Shown here piece by piece: positions 8,846 to 18,237 of a stretch of 64,000 nucleotides of DNA. Positions within the stretch are counted from its first letter, which is position 1, and every line of letters begins with the position of its first letter. The DNA comes from a virus (Duplodnaviria; Heunggongvirae; Uroviricota; Caudoviricetes), in IMG/VR virus record IMGVR_UViG_2908567220_000002, positions 33,901 through 97,900 of that record; one strand, given 5' to 3'. The translations under genes were made by a program, and so were the position numbers. The notes beneath the pieces were generated by a model. The model did no database searches. It had not been told where the DNA came from and saw only the letters and a list, made by a program, of their open reading frames with translations.

Positions 8846-9265
8846 ATGGTTCATGAAGATAAAGCGCGTAAAGAGTTCGCCAGTAGGCTTGCGCTAGCCT
8901 GTGAAAACGCTGGTTATGAACAACATGGAAGGCAGGCAGAAATTGCCCGTCGAATGAAATTAACACCAAAAGCGGTTAGCAAATGGTTTAATGGCGAAAC
9001 AATTCCTCGCCGGGAGAAATTAAGGGAATTAGCAACACTAATAGGAACAACACCAACCTATCTTTTGGGAGAGGATACAGAAGAAAGTGGACAGGTACGT
9101 TTCTATCAGGAGTTAAATCCAAGACAAAAAATCATCATTGACCTTCTGGACGAGCTCCCTGACAGTGAGACAGATGAACTTTTAAAAACTCTTGAAGAGA
9201 AAAAACAGAAGTACAATGCAATTTACGAAGAGTTAGCACGAAAGAAAAAACAAAAAGCCTCTTAA
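8846..9265 (+). CDS. Prophage repressor (RacR/DicA-like HTH, no S24 peptidase domain)
   Basis: 139 aa; N-terminal HTH region; C-terminal 50 aa nearly identical to B's repressor at 57655..58074. Confidence 0.7.
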   Translation: MVHEDKARKEFASRLALACENAGYEQHGRQAEIARRMKLTPKAVSKWFNGETIPRREKLRELATLIGTTPTYLLGEDTEESGQVRFYQELNPRQKIIIDLLDELPDSETDELLKTLEEKKQKYNAIYEELARKKKQKAS

Positions 9266-9559
9266 ACCAGCATAAATCCGGTAGCGCCTTCCTCCGGGTT
9301 TGTGCTTCACTTTATCCCATCTCATTTTTTTACACACAAAATGTACTAAAAGTACTTTACAACAATGAACGCAAAGTACATTATATGCCTGCCACCCACC
9401 CCGCCCCACAGAATGCAGGGCAATACTTCGAGTTACCAGGCAGTGGTCAGGGGGTAAGTAGCCAGCCCGAGGCGTAAGAACATGACGGCAGGGTTCAACT
9501 TTAACTATGCAGCAGGTTTTTGTTCCGCTACCCCGGCGTTAAGGGGAAATGAGGTCAAC

Positions 9560-9715
9560 ATGGATACTATCGATCTTGGCAACAACGAATCTCTGGTATA
9601 CGGCGTGTTTCCCAACCAGGACGGAACGTTCACCGCGATGACGTATGCCAAAAGCAAAACGTTTAAAACCGAATCTGGCGCGCGTCGTTGGTTGGTAAGA
9701 CATTCAGGTGAATAA
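9560..9715 (+). CDS. ydfA: YdfA-like protein
   Basis: 51 aa MDTIDLGNNESLVYGVFPNQDGTFTAMTYAKSKTFKTESGARRWLVRHSGE. Confidence 0.75.
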   Translation: MDTIDLGNNESLVYGVFPNQDGTFTAMTYAKSKTFKTESGARRWLVRHSGE

Positions 9716-9716
9716 A

Positions 9717-9863
9717 ATGAACGAAACAGAATTAAAACACGTTATCGCTCTGCTTCTGGAGGATGCAAAACGCCTCCAGCAACTGGAACCAAATGCAGGC
9801 ACTGAAGCCCGCATCTGGCTGGCATTGTACGCTATTGAGTCAGGTCGTGATGATGAAGGTTAA
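9717..9863 (+). CDS. YdfB-like small protein (tentative)
   Basis: 48 aa MNETELKHVIALLLEDAKRLQQLEPNAGTEARIWLALYAIESGRDDEG; hand-translated, below track cutoff. Confidence 0.55.
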   Translation: MNETELKHVIALLLEDAKRLQQLEPNAGTEARIWLALYAIESGRDDEG

Positions 9864-10144
9864 GCATCATCTAAGTTTTTTACATAGCGCCCATTAGATT
9901 CGGTAACAAGAACACCGGGATTTTTCTTAACTTTTGAGGCCACTGATTCAGCAAGGTCAGCAACAGATTCTTTGTCTTCATTCTTGCTTGAATATATATA
10001 TTCGGCATTAGGAAGACGGTAGGTGTTCCCTAAAGAGGTTGTAATCGTTCTGGAGAATCCCTTTGCTTCCATTCGTTCATGAAGCTTATCGTAATCAGCG
10101 GAACTGGAATCGCGAAGTTCGATCCTGACTGTAAATTTTGCCAT
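9860..10144 (-). CDS. Hypothetical protein encoded antisense to the early-left operon
   Basis: Start MAKFTVRIELRD with GGAGGA SD 4 nt upstream. Confidence 0.5.
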   Translation of the reverse strand: MAKFTVRIELRDSSSADYDKLHERMEAKGFSRTITTSLGNTYRLPNAEYIYSSKNEDKESVADLAESVASKVKKNPGVLVTESNGRYVKNLDDA

Positions 10145-10159
10145 TTTATCCTCCATTTA

Positions 10160-10455
10160 GGTTCTGGGTTAGAAATGGAGACCAATACGGGGCTACGTGT
10201 GGTCGTGCGCCGGACACGGATAAGAATCCGGCACTGACAGTTTACTGAAAGGATATTTCCCTGAAAAGTCAGGGCATAACACGAAAGCGTACGGCGAAGG
10301 CCTTCACCTATGAGGCTTGTCGTTAATTTCTTCGACCGTGCGCTTCCGGTTGTGGCACTCCGCGAAATGGCGCGGCGGTAAGTATGGCGGGGTTATTCCT
10401 TCCCCCGTTGAGGACACCGGGTTGTCAGGTTGACCATACGCTTAAGTGACAACCC
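10160..10455 (+). other. Conserved non-coding element (also upstream of DicF in prophage B at 59100-59410)
   Basis: ~290 bp highly similar between prophages with small indels, no conserved ORF; inverted repeats GGGTTGTCA / TGACAACCC. Confidence 0.5.
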
Positions 10456-10504
10456 CGCCATAACTCATACTGCTATAGATATATGGGGACTAACCGGAGG
10501 AAAA

Positions 10505-10726
10505 ATGATAGTTCAATGCACAGACGGGAATAATAAGCTGCTCTGGTCATACGATACCGTCAGCCAGAAACACATAATGAATATGACTTTTATAAAGGAC
10601 GGTACTCAACAAAAAATCATTACCGCCCTTGCAAGTGCATTAACTCAGGCGACAAGCCAAATTCTGCTATCTGATAACGTTAATGGAGTATCTGATATTG
10701 GCTCGATGACCGGGAGGGAGTGCTAA
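10505..10726 (+). CDS. Small hypothetical protein (73 aa)
   Basis: GGAGG SD 5 nt before ATG; MIVQCTDGNNKLLWSYDTVSQKH...; lies in the segment that replaces DicF. Confidence 0.4.
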   Translation: MIVQCTDGNNKLLWSYDTVSQKHIMNMTFIKDGTQQKIITALASALTQATSQILLSDNVNGVSDIGSMTGREC

Positions 10727-10930
10727 TACAACATTCCAGTAACCCGAGTGGGGCACGGTAATATTGGCAGGGAATCGTTCATAGAAACCGCCGTAATAGG
10801 TAAAACGCCCGCCCCGCTTGAAAGCCTGGTAATTTGAATCATCCATTAATAAAACATTAATCTGGTGTGAACATTGAACCCTGACAAGGTCACCATCATT
10901 CATGTGTTCACGACTATGTATATGGGACAT
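10667..10930 (-). CDS. Small hypothetical protein (88 aa), convergent with and overlapping the preceding ORF by 60 nt
   Basis: AGGAG SD then ATG; MSHIHSREHMNDGDLVRVQCSHQINVLLMDDSNYQAFKRGGRFTYYGG... Confidence 0.5.
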   Translation of the reverse strand: MSHIHSREHMNDGDLVRVQCSHQINVLLMDDSNYQAFKRGGRFTYYGGFYERFPANITVPHSGYWNVVLALPPGHRANIRYSINVIR

Positions 10931-11456
10931 AAACACTCCTTTTTACTGTGGAAAGCTAAATCATATCACGGTCTATGAAGTAAAAAGTGAATTTCGTGAT
11001 GCGGTGAATGCGGCTCAGCGCACGCAGAACAGTTAAAAACACAAGTGTTATGGGTGAATCATCCGGCGTTAATTGCTAACTGGTTAACGTCACCTGGAGG
11101 CACCAGGCACCGCATCACAAAGTTCACTTAGGTGATGAAAGGTAGAGAAAATGTTGAATGTAGCTATTGAAAACCAGAACGGGTGGAATTATAGTGCACC
11201 TGCACCTCATAAAACGGGTGCCGGGCGTGGAAACCCGATGTTCACTAACGCGCATAACCGCGCTCAGGCGGTTTTTTTATGCGTAATGCACAGCCACATT
11301 CAGATTATGGTGGGACGTGCAGGGCAGCCGCAAGGCTGGCCGGGTTCGTTAGTGACCGGTATTTCCACCCCTGTACGTCTCACCACCCTTATGGTCGTGG
11401 AAAACCTTGGTGGTGAGTTAATCAAATTCACTAACGAGGCTGCTATCATGGCTACT

Positions 11457-12002
11457 ATCCCTACCCTTTCTCAACCTGACGTAACCATCGAAAATGGTCG
11501 CGCTGTCACTACGTCTGTTGCGATCGCCGAGTTCTTTGGCAAACGCCACGACAATGTTATTCAAAAAATAAAATTACTGGATTGCTCCCCTGAATTCACT
11601 GCCCTTAATTTTAAGGTGAGCGAATACACCGACTCAACCGGGCGCAAACTCCCTATGTACCAAATCACCAAAAACGGCTTCGTTTTCCTGGTGATGGGCT
11701 TCACGGGCAAAAAAGCCGCAGCTTTCAAGGAAGCCTACATCGCTGAATTCGATCGCATGGAGGCAGAGTTGTACCAGCTTAATACCACTACCACAGACAA
11801 AATAATTCCTGGTGATGGTCGCACTCTCGTTGTTCACTTCGACGAACGCGGCAATATCAAATTCACCGAAACCGTTCCTGACGGCGCTCTCGTCTGTACT
11901 CTGGATACTTTCCGCTTTTATCTGGAGAAGCAGGGGTGGACTCTTGTAAACAGGAGCGCAATTAAAAATATGACCGTCGAGCAGTTGCTGAGTATTAAAT
12001 AG
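11457..12002 (+). CDS. Rha-family phage regulatory protein (antirepressor-like)
   Basis: Start MATIPTLSQPDVTIENGRAVTTSVAIAEFFGKRHDNVIQKI matches Rha N-terminal domain; tracked ORF 11151..12002 extends upstream. Confidence 0.65.
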   Translation: MPTLSQPDVTIENGRAVTTSVAIAEFFGKRHDNVIQKIKLLDCSPEFTALNFKVSEYTDSTGRKLPMYQITKNGFVFLVMGFTGKKAAAFKEAYIAEFDRMEAELYQLNTTTTDKIIPGDGRTLVVHFDERGNIKFTETVPDGALVCTLDTFRFYLEKQGWTLVNRSAIKNMTVEQLLSIK

Positions 12003-12048
12003 TTTTCTGGAATTTTCTTAATGCGACAAATTTATTAAGGAGATAATT

Positions 12049-12270
12049 ATGATTGCTCATCACTTCGGAACTGATGATATTCCTCGTCAGTGCGTGACTC
12101 CCGGTGATTATGTTATTCATAAAGGAAGAACATATATTGCTTCGGTAAACAATATAAAAAAACACCGGCTCTATATTCGTGATTTTTCCACACAACACTG
12201 TATTAATGAAACCATGATTAAAGTCTTCCTTGATCGTGATGGTTTACCTGTAAAGGCGGAGTCGTGGTGA
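12049..12270 (+). CDS. Hypothetical protein (73 aa)
   Basis: AAGGAG SD; AT-rich; between Rha and exonuclease genes. Confidence 0.4.
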   Translation: MIAHHFGTDDIPRQCVTPGDYVIHKGRTYIASVNNIKKHRLYIRDFSTQHCINETMIKVFLDRDGLPVKAESW

Positions 12271-12387
12271 GCTGTAATAAAATAACTACCCCAATACGAC
12301 ATTCAGTTTAATAAATACATCAGATTCGATTCTTATATGCCAGCAATGGCAGTGACTTGTTCACCCCTAAATCTGTAATGAGGTTTA

Positions 12388-14826
12388 TTGATGAGCACGA
12401 ATAAAGAAGTGTTTGCGCTATATTGCGAAGCTAAAAATGACAAGGTCAGAAAGCGTCTCGGTATTAAAGGTGGCTTTTTCTGGATCGAAGCCAAAAAACT
12501 TTCCGTTGCAGTTTCCCGCTGTATTGCCGCTATGGACGATGCTGGCTACGACGAAGATGATTTCAAAAAAACAGTTCGCGTCCATTTGCCTGTTCTAAAT
12601 GACCTGCCACCTGAAGGCGTATTTGATACTGATTTCTGTAACCGTTACGAAAAAGGTGGAGAAGATGGCATCACAATGATGCCGGTACCGTCCAGCAACA
12701 GCGATGAAAACAGTAACGCCGCTAATACTAACGTCAACGGCGAAGACATGATTGAGATTGAGGAGAATATTCTTCTGCCGGTTTCAGGTCAGCTTCTGCC
12801 TGTTAGATGGCTGGCACAGCACGGCAGCGAAAAACCTGTCACGCATGTTTCACGGGATGAACTGCGGGCATTACATAACGCACAGGAAGAAAAACTTCCC
12901 GCCGTTACCGCTCTGGCCATCTCAAATAAAGCAGTGCAACTCGAACCGCTGGAGATTCGGGATTTGTACAAACTGGTGCGGGACACTGACAAAGTTTTTC
13001 CCGCCCCCGTAAATTCAGACCTGGGACTGATGACTTCCTTCATCGAAGCATACCTGGACGCTGACTACACCAATCGCGATCTGCTTACAAAAGAGTGGAT
13101 GAAAGGAAATCATGTTTCGCGAATCAGCCGCACACCATCCGGCGCTAACGCTGGCGGCGGTATTCTTACCGATCGCGGCGAAGGTTTTGTACACGATGAT
13201 GCATCACTGGCGCGCGACGTAGCCACTGGCGTGCTGGCCCGTTCAATGGACGTGGACATTTATAACCTTCATCCGGCACACGCTAAACGCGTCGAGGAAA
13301 TTATCGCTGAAAATAAACCGCCCTTTTCTGTTTTCTTCAGCAAATTCATCACCATGCCGGGCCACAAGGATTTCTCCCGTGCCATCGTGGTTGCCTCCGT
13401 GAAAGAATCACCAGTTGGTATAGAGGCTATGCCCCACCGTGTCACCGAATACCTGAATAAAGTGCTGACTGAAACCGATCATGCCAACCCTGATCCGGAA
13501 ATCGTGGATATTGCCTGCGGTCGCTCCTCTGCCCCGATGCCGCAGCGTGTAACTGAAAAAGAAAAACATGATGAAGAAAAACCGCAACCATCTGGCGCAA
13601 TGGCAGATGAACAGGCAACGGCTGAAACAGTGGAACCGGATGCAACTGAACATCATCCGGACACGCAGCCGGTGGATGCTCAGCCACAGGTGAATTCTGT
13701 TGATGCGAAATATCAGAAACTGCGGGCAGAACTCCATGAAGCTAGGAAAAACATTTCGCCTAAAAATCCTGTCGACGCAAACAAATTACTGGCAGCCTCT
13801 CGCGGAGAATTTGTTGAAGGGATTAGTGACCCGAATGATCCGAAATGGGTTAAGGGGCTCCAGACTCGCGAGTCTTCGAACCAGAATCAACCAGAAGTGG
13901 AACAAACCAAGCCAGAATCGGGACAAAATAGCCAGGATGCACACCAAAATGAACCAAAAACGATACATCCGGAGCCAGCAGCGCAACATGCACAGAAAAA
14001 TCCCTGTAATGTTTGTGGGGAAACTGGCGGGGGCACATGCCCTGACTGTGCCTCAGTAATGGGTGACGCAACTTACCATGAGACATTCTGCGAGGAAGAT
14101 TCAGATGAATCTCAGGAAAAAGCTCCGGAGGAGATGGAAAACCCTGAACATCCGCATCCGGAAAATACTGACAGCAATCAGCATAACAATAGCGGTGATA
14201 AAACTGACAGGACGACAAATTCCTTAATTAATATGCACGGTCATCAGAAAAGAACATCCACCAGCAGAATGTGTCACCATCTGATGATCGACCTTGAAAC
14301 AATGGGAAAAAATCCTGATTCCCCGATTATCTCAATAGGTGCAATATTTTTCGATCCGCAAACCGGAGAGATGGGACCAGAATTTAATAAAACCATCGAT
14401 CTGGAAACTGCTGGCGGAGTCATTGATCGGGACGCGATCAAGTGGTGGCTGAAGCAATCACGCGAAGCGCAATCTGCCATTCTGACCGATGAAATCCCGT
14501 TAGATGATGCACTGCTGCAATTGCGGGAATTTATCGCCGAAAACTCCGGTGAATTGTTTGTTCAGGTCTGGGGAAATGGAGCCAACTTCGACAACGTGAT
14601 TTTGCGCCGTTCATATGAACGGCAGGGTATCCCCTGCCCGTGGCGCTACTACAACGATCGCGATGTACGCACAATCATTGAACTGGGAAAATCCATAGAC
14701 TTCGATGCCAGGACGCCTATTCAATTCGAAGGCATACGCCACAATGCGCTGGATGATGCCCGTCACCAGGCGAAATACGTTTCAGCAATCTGGCAAAAAC
14801 TGATCCCGAATCAGTCTGATTTTTAA
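12388..14826 (+). CDS. Large early-left protein with C-terminal DEDDh (DnaQ-like) 3-prime-5-prime exonuclease domain; exodeoxyribonuclease VIII-like position
   Basis: 812 aa; C-terminal [25 protein letters not shown] motifs; [15 protein letters not shown] zinc-ribbon-like motif; C-terminal ~190 aa identical to B's 60109..62580. Confidence 0.7.
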   Translation: MMSTNKEVFALYCEAKNDKVRKRLGIKGGFFWIEAKKLSVAVSRCIAAMDDAGYDEDDFKKTVRVHLPVLNDLPPEGVFDTDFCNRYEKGGEDGITMMPVPSSNSDENSNAANTNVNGEDMIEIEENILLPVSGQLLPVRWLAQHGSEKPVTHVSRDELRALHNAQEEKLPAVTALAISNKAVQLEPLEIRDLYKLVRDTDKVFPAPVNSDLGLMTSFIEAYLDADYTNRDLLTKEWMKGNHVSRISRTPSGANAGGGILTDRGEGFVHDDASLARDVATGVLARSMDVDIYNLHPAHAKRVEEIIAENKPPFSVFFSKFITMPGHKDFSRAIVVASVKESPVGIEAMPHRVTEYLNKVLTETDHANPDPEIVDIACGRSSAPMPQRVTEKEKHDEEKPQPSGAMADEQATAETVEPDATEHHPDTQPVDAQPQVNSVDAKYQKLRAELHEARKNISPKNPVDANKLLAASRGEFVEGISDPNDPKWVKGLQTRESSNQNQPEVEQTKPESGQNSQDAHQNEPKTIHPEPAAQHAQKNPCNVCGETGGGTCPDCASVMGDATYHETFCEEDSDESQEKAPEEMENPEHPHPENTDSNQHNNSGDKTDRTTNSLINMHGHQKRTSTSRMCHHLMIDLETMGKNPDSPIISIGAIFFDPQTGEMGPEFNKTIDLETAGGVIDRDAIKWWLKQSREAQSAILTDEIPLDDALLQLREFIAENSGELFVQVWGNGANFDNVILRRSYERQGIPCPWRYYNDRDVRTIIELGKSIDFDARTPIQFEGIRHNALDDARHQAKYVSAIWQKLIPNQSDF

Positions 14827-14889
14827 TGTTCAACCCCAGTCGTCGCCCCCAGCTATAGTGGCGGCGACCATGATTAGCGAACGATACTC

Positions 14890-15138
14890 ATGGCAAGACT
14901 TATTCTGCTCACTGAGTGGGCAAAAGAGGAATTCAGCGATCCGGTCCCTACTCCGGGCACGTTAAGTAAATACGCTAAAGCCGGAATGATATTTCCTCTC
15001 CCCAAAAAAGTTGGAAGACACTGGCGAGTGGATCCGCGAGCTCGCTTTGTCGGAATGGTAAACAAGCCGGAGGTGATCGCCACAGATCACCCTGCTTTAA
15101 AGAGGATACTGGAAGATGGCACGCCCGCGAAAATATAA
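14890..15138 (+). CDS. xis: Excisionase-like protein
   Basis: 82 aa immediately upstream of and overlapping int; identical copy at 62644..62892. Confidence 0.65.
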   Translation: MARLILLTEWAKEEFSDPVPTPGTLSKYAKAGMIFPLPKKVGRHWRVDPRARFVGMVNKPEVIATDHPALKRILEDGTPAKI

Positions 15139-16246
15139 AACCGCTGTTCCGGGATTATCTCCGTATTTTGACAAAAGAAATAACAAAGTTTACTGGCGTT
15201 ACAGGCATCCCATCACAGGTAAAAATCATGGACTCGGCAGTATTGACCAGAAACTGGCGGAAACCATTGCAGCAGAAGCGAACAGCCGTCTTGCCAGACA
15301 ACAAATGGAGCAAATGCTCAGTCTGCAGGAGAAAATTATTAGTGATACCGGCGGCGCATCAACCGTTTCCATTTTTCTGAATAATTACAGAAAAATTCAA
15401 CAGGAAAGATATGAGAACGGAGAGATCAAACTCAGCACGCTGAAGCAAAAAGCGGCTCCTCTCAGGGTGTTTGATGAACGTTTTGGAGCCAGGCCGCTAG
15501 ATGCCATAACAGTAAAAGATGTGGTATCGGTGCTGGAAGAATACAAGGCAAAGGGACATAACAGAATGGGACAAATTTTCAGGAAGGTATTGATCGATGT
15601 TTTCCGGGAGGCTCAACAAACGGGTGATGTCCCGCCAGGCTTTAACCCGGCTGAATCGGCAAAAAAACCGCAAGTGCGGATATCAAGACAGCGACTGACT
15701 TTTGATGAGTGGATGATGATTTATAACGCAGCGGAAAAGGATGGTTACTTTTTACAGCGCGGCATGCTGCTGGCACTGATGACGGGCCAGCGTCTTTCGG
15801 ATATTTGCAAAATGCAGTTTTCGGATATCCGGGATGGTTACCTTCATGTCGAACAGCAAAAAACAGGAGCCCGGATAGCCATTCCTCTGGCTCTGCGTTG
15901 CGACAAATTAAATCTTACCCTGGGTGACGTGGTGTCATCCTGTCGTGATTACATCCTTAGTCCGTGGTTATTGCACCATCATCACGCTAAGGGGATGGGT
16001 AAGCGCGGCGGGATGGTTAAACCAGCAACGTTAACAGTCGCATTTAAAAAAGCCCGGGATTCTGTGGATTACAACTGGCGTGCTAATGGCACGCCACCCT
16101 CTTTCCATGAGCAAAGATCTTTATCAGAACGATTGTTCAGAGAACAGGGAATTGATACCAAAATTTTGCTGGGCCATTCGAATCAAAAAATGACCGATGT
16201 TTACAACGATGCACGCGGTAAGGAGTGGAAAAAACTGGTCATTTGA
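15116..16246 (+). CDS. int: Tyrosine-type phage integrase
   Basis: 376 aa; terminal gene next to att region; intact version of B's disrupted copy. Confidence 0.9.
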   Translation: MARPRKYKTAVPGLSPYFDKRNNKVYWRYRHPITGKNHGLGSIDQKLAETIAAEANSRLARQQMEQMLSLQEKIISDTGGASTVSIFLNNYRKIQQERYENGEIKLSTLKQKAAPLRVFDERFGARPLDAITVKDVVSVLEEYKAKGHNRMGQIFRKVLIDVFREAQQTGDVPPGFNPAESAKKPQVRISRQRLTFDEWMMIYNAAEKDGYFLQRGMLLALMTGQRLSDICKMQFSDIRDGYLHVEQQKTGARIAIPLALRCDKLNLTLGDVVSSCRDYILSPWLLHHHHAKGMGKRGGMVKPATLTVAFKKARDSVDYNWRANGTPPSFHEQRSLSERLFREQGIDTKILLGHSNQKMTDVYNDARGKEWKKLVI

Positions 16247-16260
16247 TGACCAGTTTTGCA
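16234..16260 (+). terminator. Hairpin overlapping int stop, followed by T-rich tract
   Basis: Perfect palindrome CTGGTCAT-TTG-ATGACCAG then TTTTGCAG; three direct TTTTGCAGA repeats at 16253-16286 may be integrase arm sites. Confidence 0.4.
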
Positions 16261-16302
16261 GAAGAGTTTTGCAGAGATTTTGCAGAGAAAATTAGAAGCG
16301 GT

Positions 16303-16419
16303 ATCCGGCAGAGAACATAAACACCCACGGATCCAGTCGTACCGCGTCTTTCACGGGGGTTCCATTAAATTTATAGCTGGCGGTTGTGTCGATATCCATG
16401 TACCACACTGGTAGGTTTC
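16303..16419 (-). other. ompW: Phage-borne ompW 3-prime end fragment marking the att region / prophage A-B junction
   Basis: Encodes ...WYMDIDTTASYKFNGTPVKDAVRLDPWVFMFSAGYRF*, matching the OmpW C-terminus as recalled; upstream sequence is not ompW. Confidence 0.6.
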
Positions 16420-17005
16420 AAAAAACACAATAACCAATTGTATTTGAAGCAAAAAAACAAGACTTTGAGATGTTTTTTTGTACCTTTTTTTATGCTTTTA
16501 ACTGTCTGATTTTATTGAAATCTTTTTTAGTTTTGCAGAAGGAATTTTTTACTTGATTGTAACTTTTTCGTTTTTTTGGGGCTAATTGACGCGCAATGCT
16601 GGGCGGGGAGCGCACAGCCAAAAAAACCGAAATTGACCGCTAATTACTGCCAATCATCATCGCTCTGATTGAGCGTAAATCATTCAGGTTATTCAGTTCT
16701 TCCTTCTGCTCTCGCTGACGTCAATAAATCCCATCATTGCGATCAACCTCATCCTTAACCATTGATGCGAGCAGTTCTTCCAGTTTCTGCGCTGACAGCT
16801 TTACCTGGTGATCTTCAGCATCTTCCCGGGCTATTGTGGTTCGCGCAGTGGCTGATTTTGCTGACATCACCACAGGGGGCAGACGGACCATTGAACCATG
16901 GCCTCCGGAACAAATAAGGGCAAAAATAACAACCACTATCGAAAGCTCACAAACTAACCGCAGCACGTTCCTGCATACGACGTGTCTGCGGCATAATCCC
17001 AATGA

Positions 17006-17275
17006 TTACTCCCTGACAGGATTTGCAGGCCACTCAATATCAGGTACAGTTGATGTATCAACACGATTCAACAATACCCGATATTTATTCCATGCCTCCA
17101 GCAACGATCTTTCTTCCTCCGTTGCGATTTCCAGATCTACAGCATCCTGCAGTGGCGCAATATACTCACTGAATTCCTGGATGTAGAACTGTGTGGTGAC
17201 GGTCTTCCAGCCATTCGGCTCCTGCTGTATCGAAGCATACCAGGCTATTTCAATATCGCTATGCTGCGGCAGCAT
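17006..17275 (-). CDS. Tail fiber assembly (Tfa)-like protein, truncated variant
   Basis: 89 aa; C-terminal ...[50 protein letters not shown] is a Tfa C-terminus; 3-prime part repeated at 18055-18195. Confidence 0.6.
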   Translation of the reverse strand: MLPQHSDIEIAWYASIQQEPNGWKTVTTQFYIQEFSEYIAPLQDAVDLEIATEEERSLLEAWNKYRVLLNRVDTSTVPDIEWPANPVRE

Positions 17276-17331
17276 TTAACCCCTTGTAATTCATCGCCAT
17301 AATTGATTTAATTCACAAATAAAACTATAAC

Positions 17332-18000
17332 ATGGTGAAATCAATGAAAAAAAACACAGATGATGGGGCTAAAATTTACACACCACTTACCCTAAAGCTT
17401 TATGACTGGTGGGTTTTGGGAGTATCAAATCGGCTTGCATGGGGATGTCCTACAAAGGAACACCTTCTTCCACACTTTCTGGAACATGTAGGTAACAACC
17501 ATCTGGATATTGGTGTTGGAACTGGGTTTTACCTTACTCACGTACCTGAGAGTAGTCTGATATCTTTAATGGATTTGAACGAAGCTAGCCTGAACGCGGC
17601 ATCTACAAGGGCTGGGGAATCAAAAATTAAACATAAAATTAGCCATGATGTTTTTGAACCTTATCCCGCGGCGTTACATGGTCAATTTGATTCCATTTCC
17701 ATGTTTTACCTTCTTCACTGCCTGCCTGGAAATATATCTACAAAAAGCTGTGTAATACGCAATGCGGCGCAGGCCTTAACTGACGATGGAACTCTATACG
17801 GAGCCACAATTCTTGGCGATGGAGTTGTGCACAATAGCTTCGGTCAAAAACTGATGCGCATTTACAATCAGAAAGGCATCTTTTCAAACACAAAAGATTC
17901 CGAAGAAGGCTTAACACATATACTCTCAGAGCATTTCGAGAATGTTAAAACCAAGGTTCAAGGTACTGTAGTAATGTTTTCCGCTTCAGGGAAAAAATAG
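17332..18000 (+). CDS. Class I SAM-dependent methyltransferase, substrate unknown
   Basis: 222 aa; Rossmann SAM motif LDIGVGTGFY; AT-rich; flanked by direct repeats of Tfa 3-prime sequence. Confidence 0.8.
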   Translation: MVKSMKKNTDDGAKIYTPLTLKLYDWWVLGVSNRLAWGCPTKEHLLPHFLEHVGNNHLDIGVGTGFYLTHVPESSLISLMDLNEASLNAASTRAGESKIKHKISHDVFEPYPAALHGQFDSISMFYLLHCLPGNISTKSCVIRNAAQALTDDGTLYGATILGDGVVHNSFGQKLMRIYNQKGIFSNTKDSEEGLTHILSEHFENVKTKVQGTVVMFSASGKK

Positions 18001-18054
18001 CATCCAACCGCAGCACGTTCTTGCTTAAGACGTGCTGCGGCATAATCCCAATGA

Positions 18055-18237
18055 TTACTCCCTGACAGGATTTGCAGGCCACTCAATATCAGGTGCAGTT
18101 GATGTATCAACACGGTTCAGCAACACCCGATACTTTTTCCAGGCTTCCAGCAATGAGGTTTCTTCCTCCGTTGCGATTTCCAGCTCAACAACAGTCTGAA
18201 CGTACCGGGAACAGCCTCCTTCAGAGCTTGAAGGATA
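18055..18237 (-). pseudogene. Tfa C-terminal remnant with no start codon, directly after the stf stop
   Basis: Encodes ...[43 protein letters not shown] in frame after stf TGA; no ATG. Confidence 0.55.

Larger units (their letters stand above)
1..16419. mobile_element. Lambdoid prophage A, partial (Q to int; late/structural genes beyond window start)
   Basis: Gene order Q-rusA-DUF968-hok-replication-cro/repressor-ydfAB-exo-xis-int ending at ompW 3-prime fragment. Confidence 0.8.

Noticed and set aside
11151-11456. N-terminal 102-codon extension of the Rha ORF
   Set aside because: Rha domain begins at MATIPT with its own SD-like GAGG; upstream portion overlaps the region conserved with prophage B non-coding sequence, so it is probably read-through of an open frame.
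16721-17002. 93-aa minus-strand ORF downstream of the Tfa fragment
   Set aside because: Poor start context, partly overlaps the repeated hairpin region, and no counterpart at the second repeat copy; retained only as a possibility.
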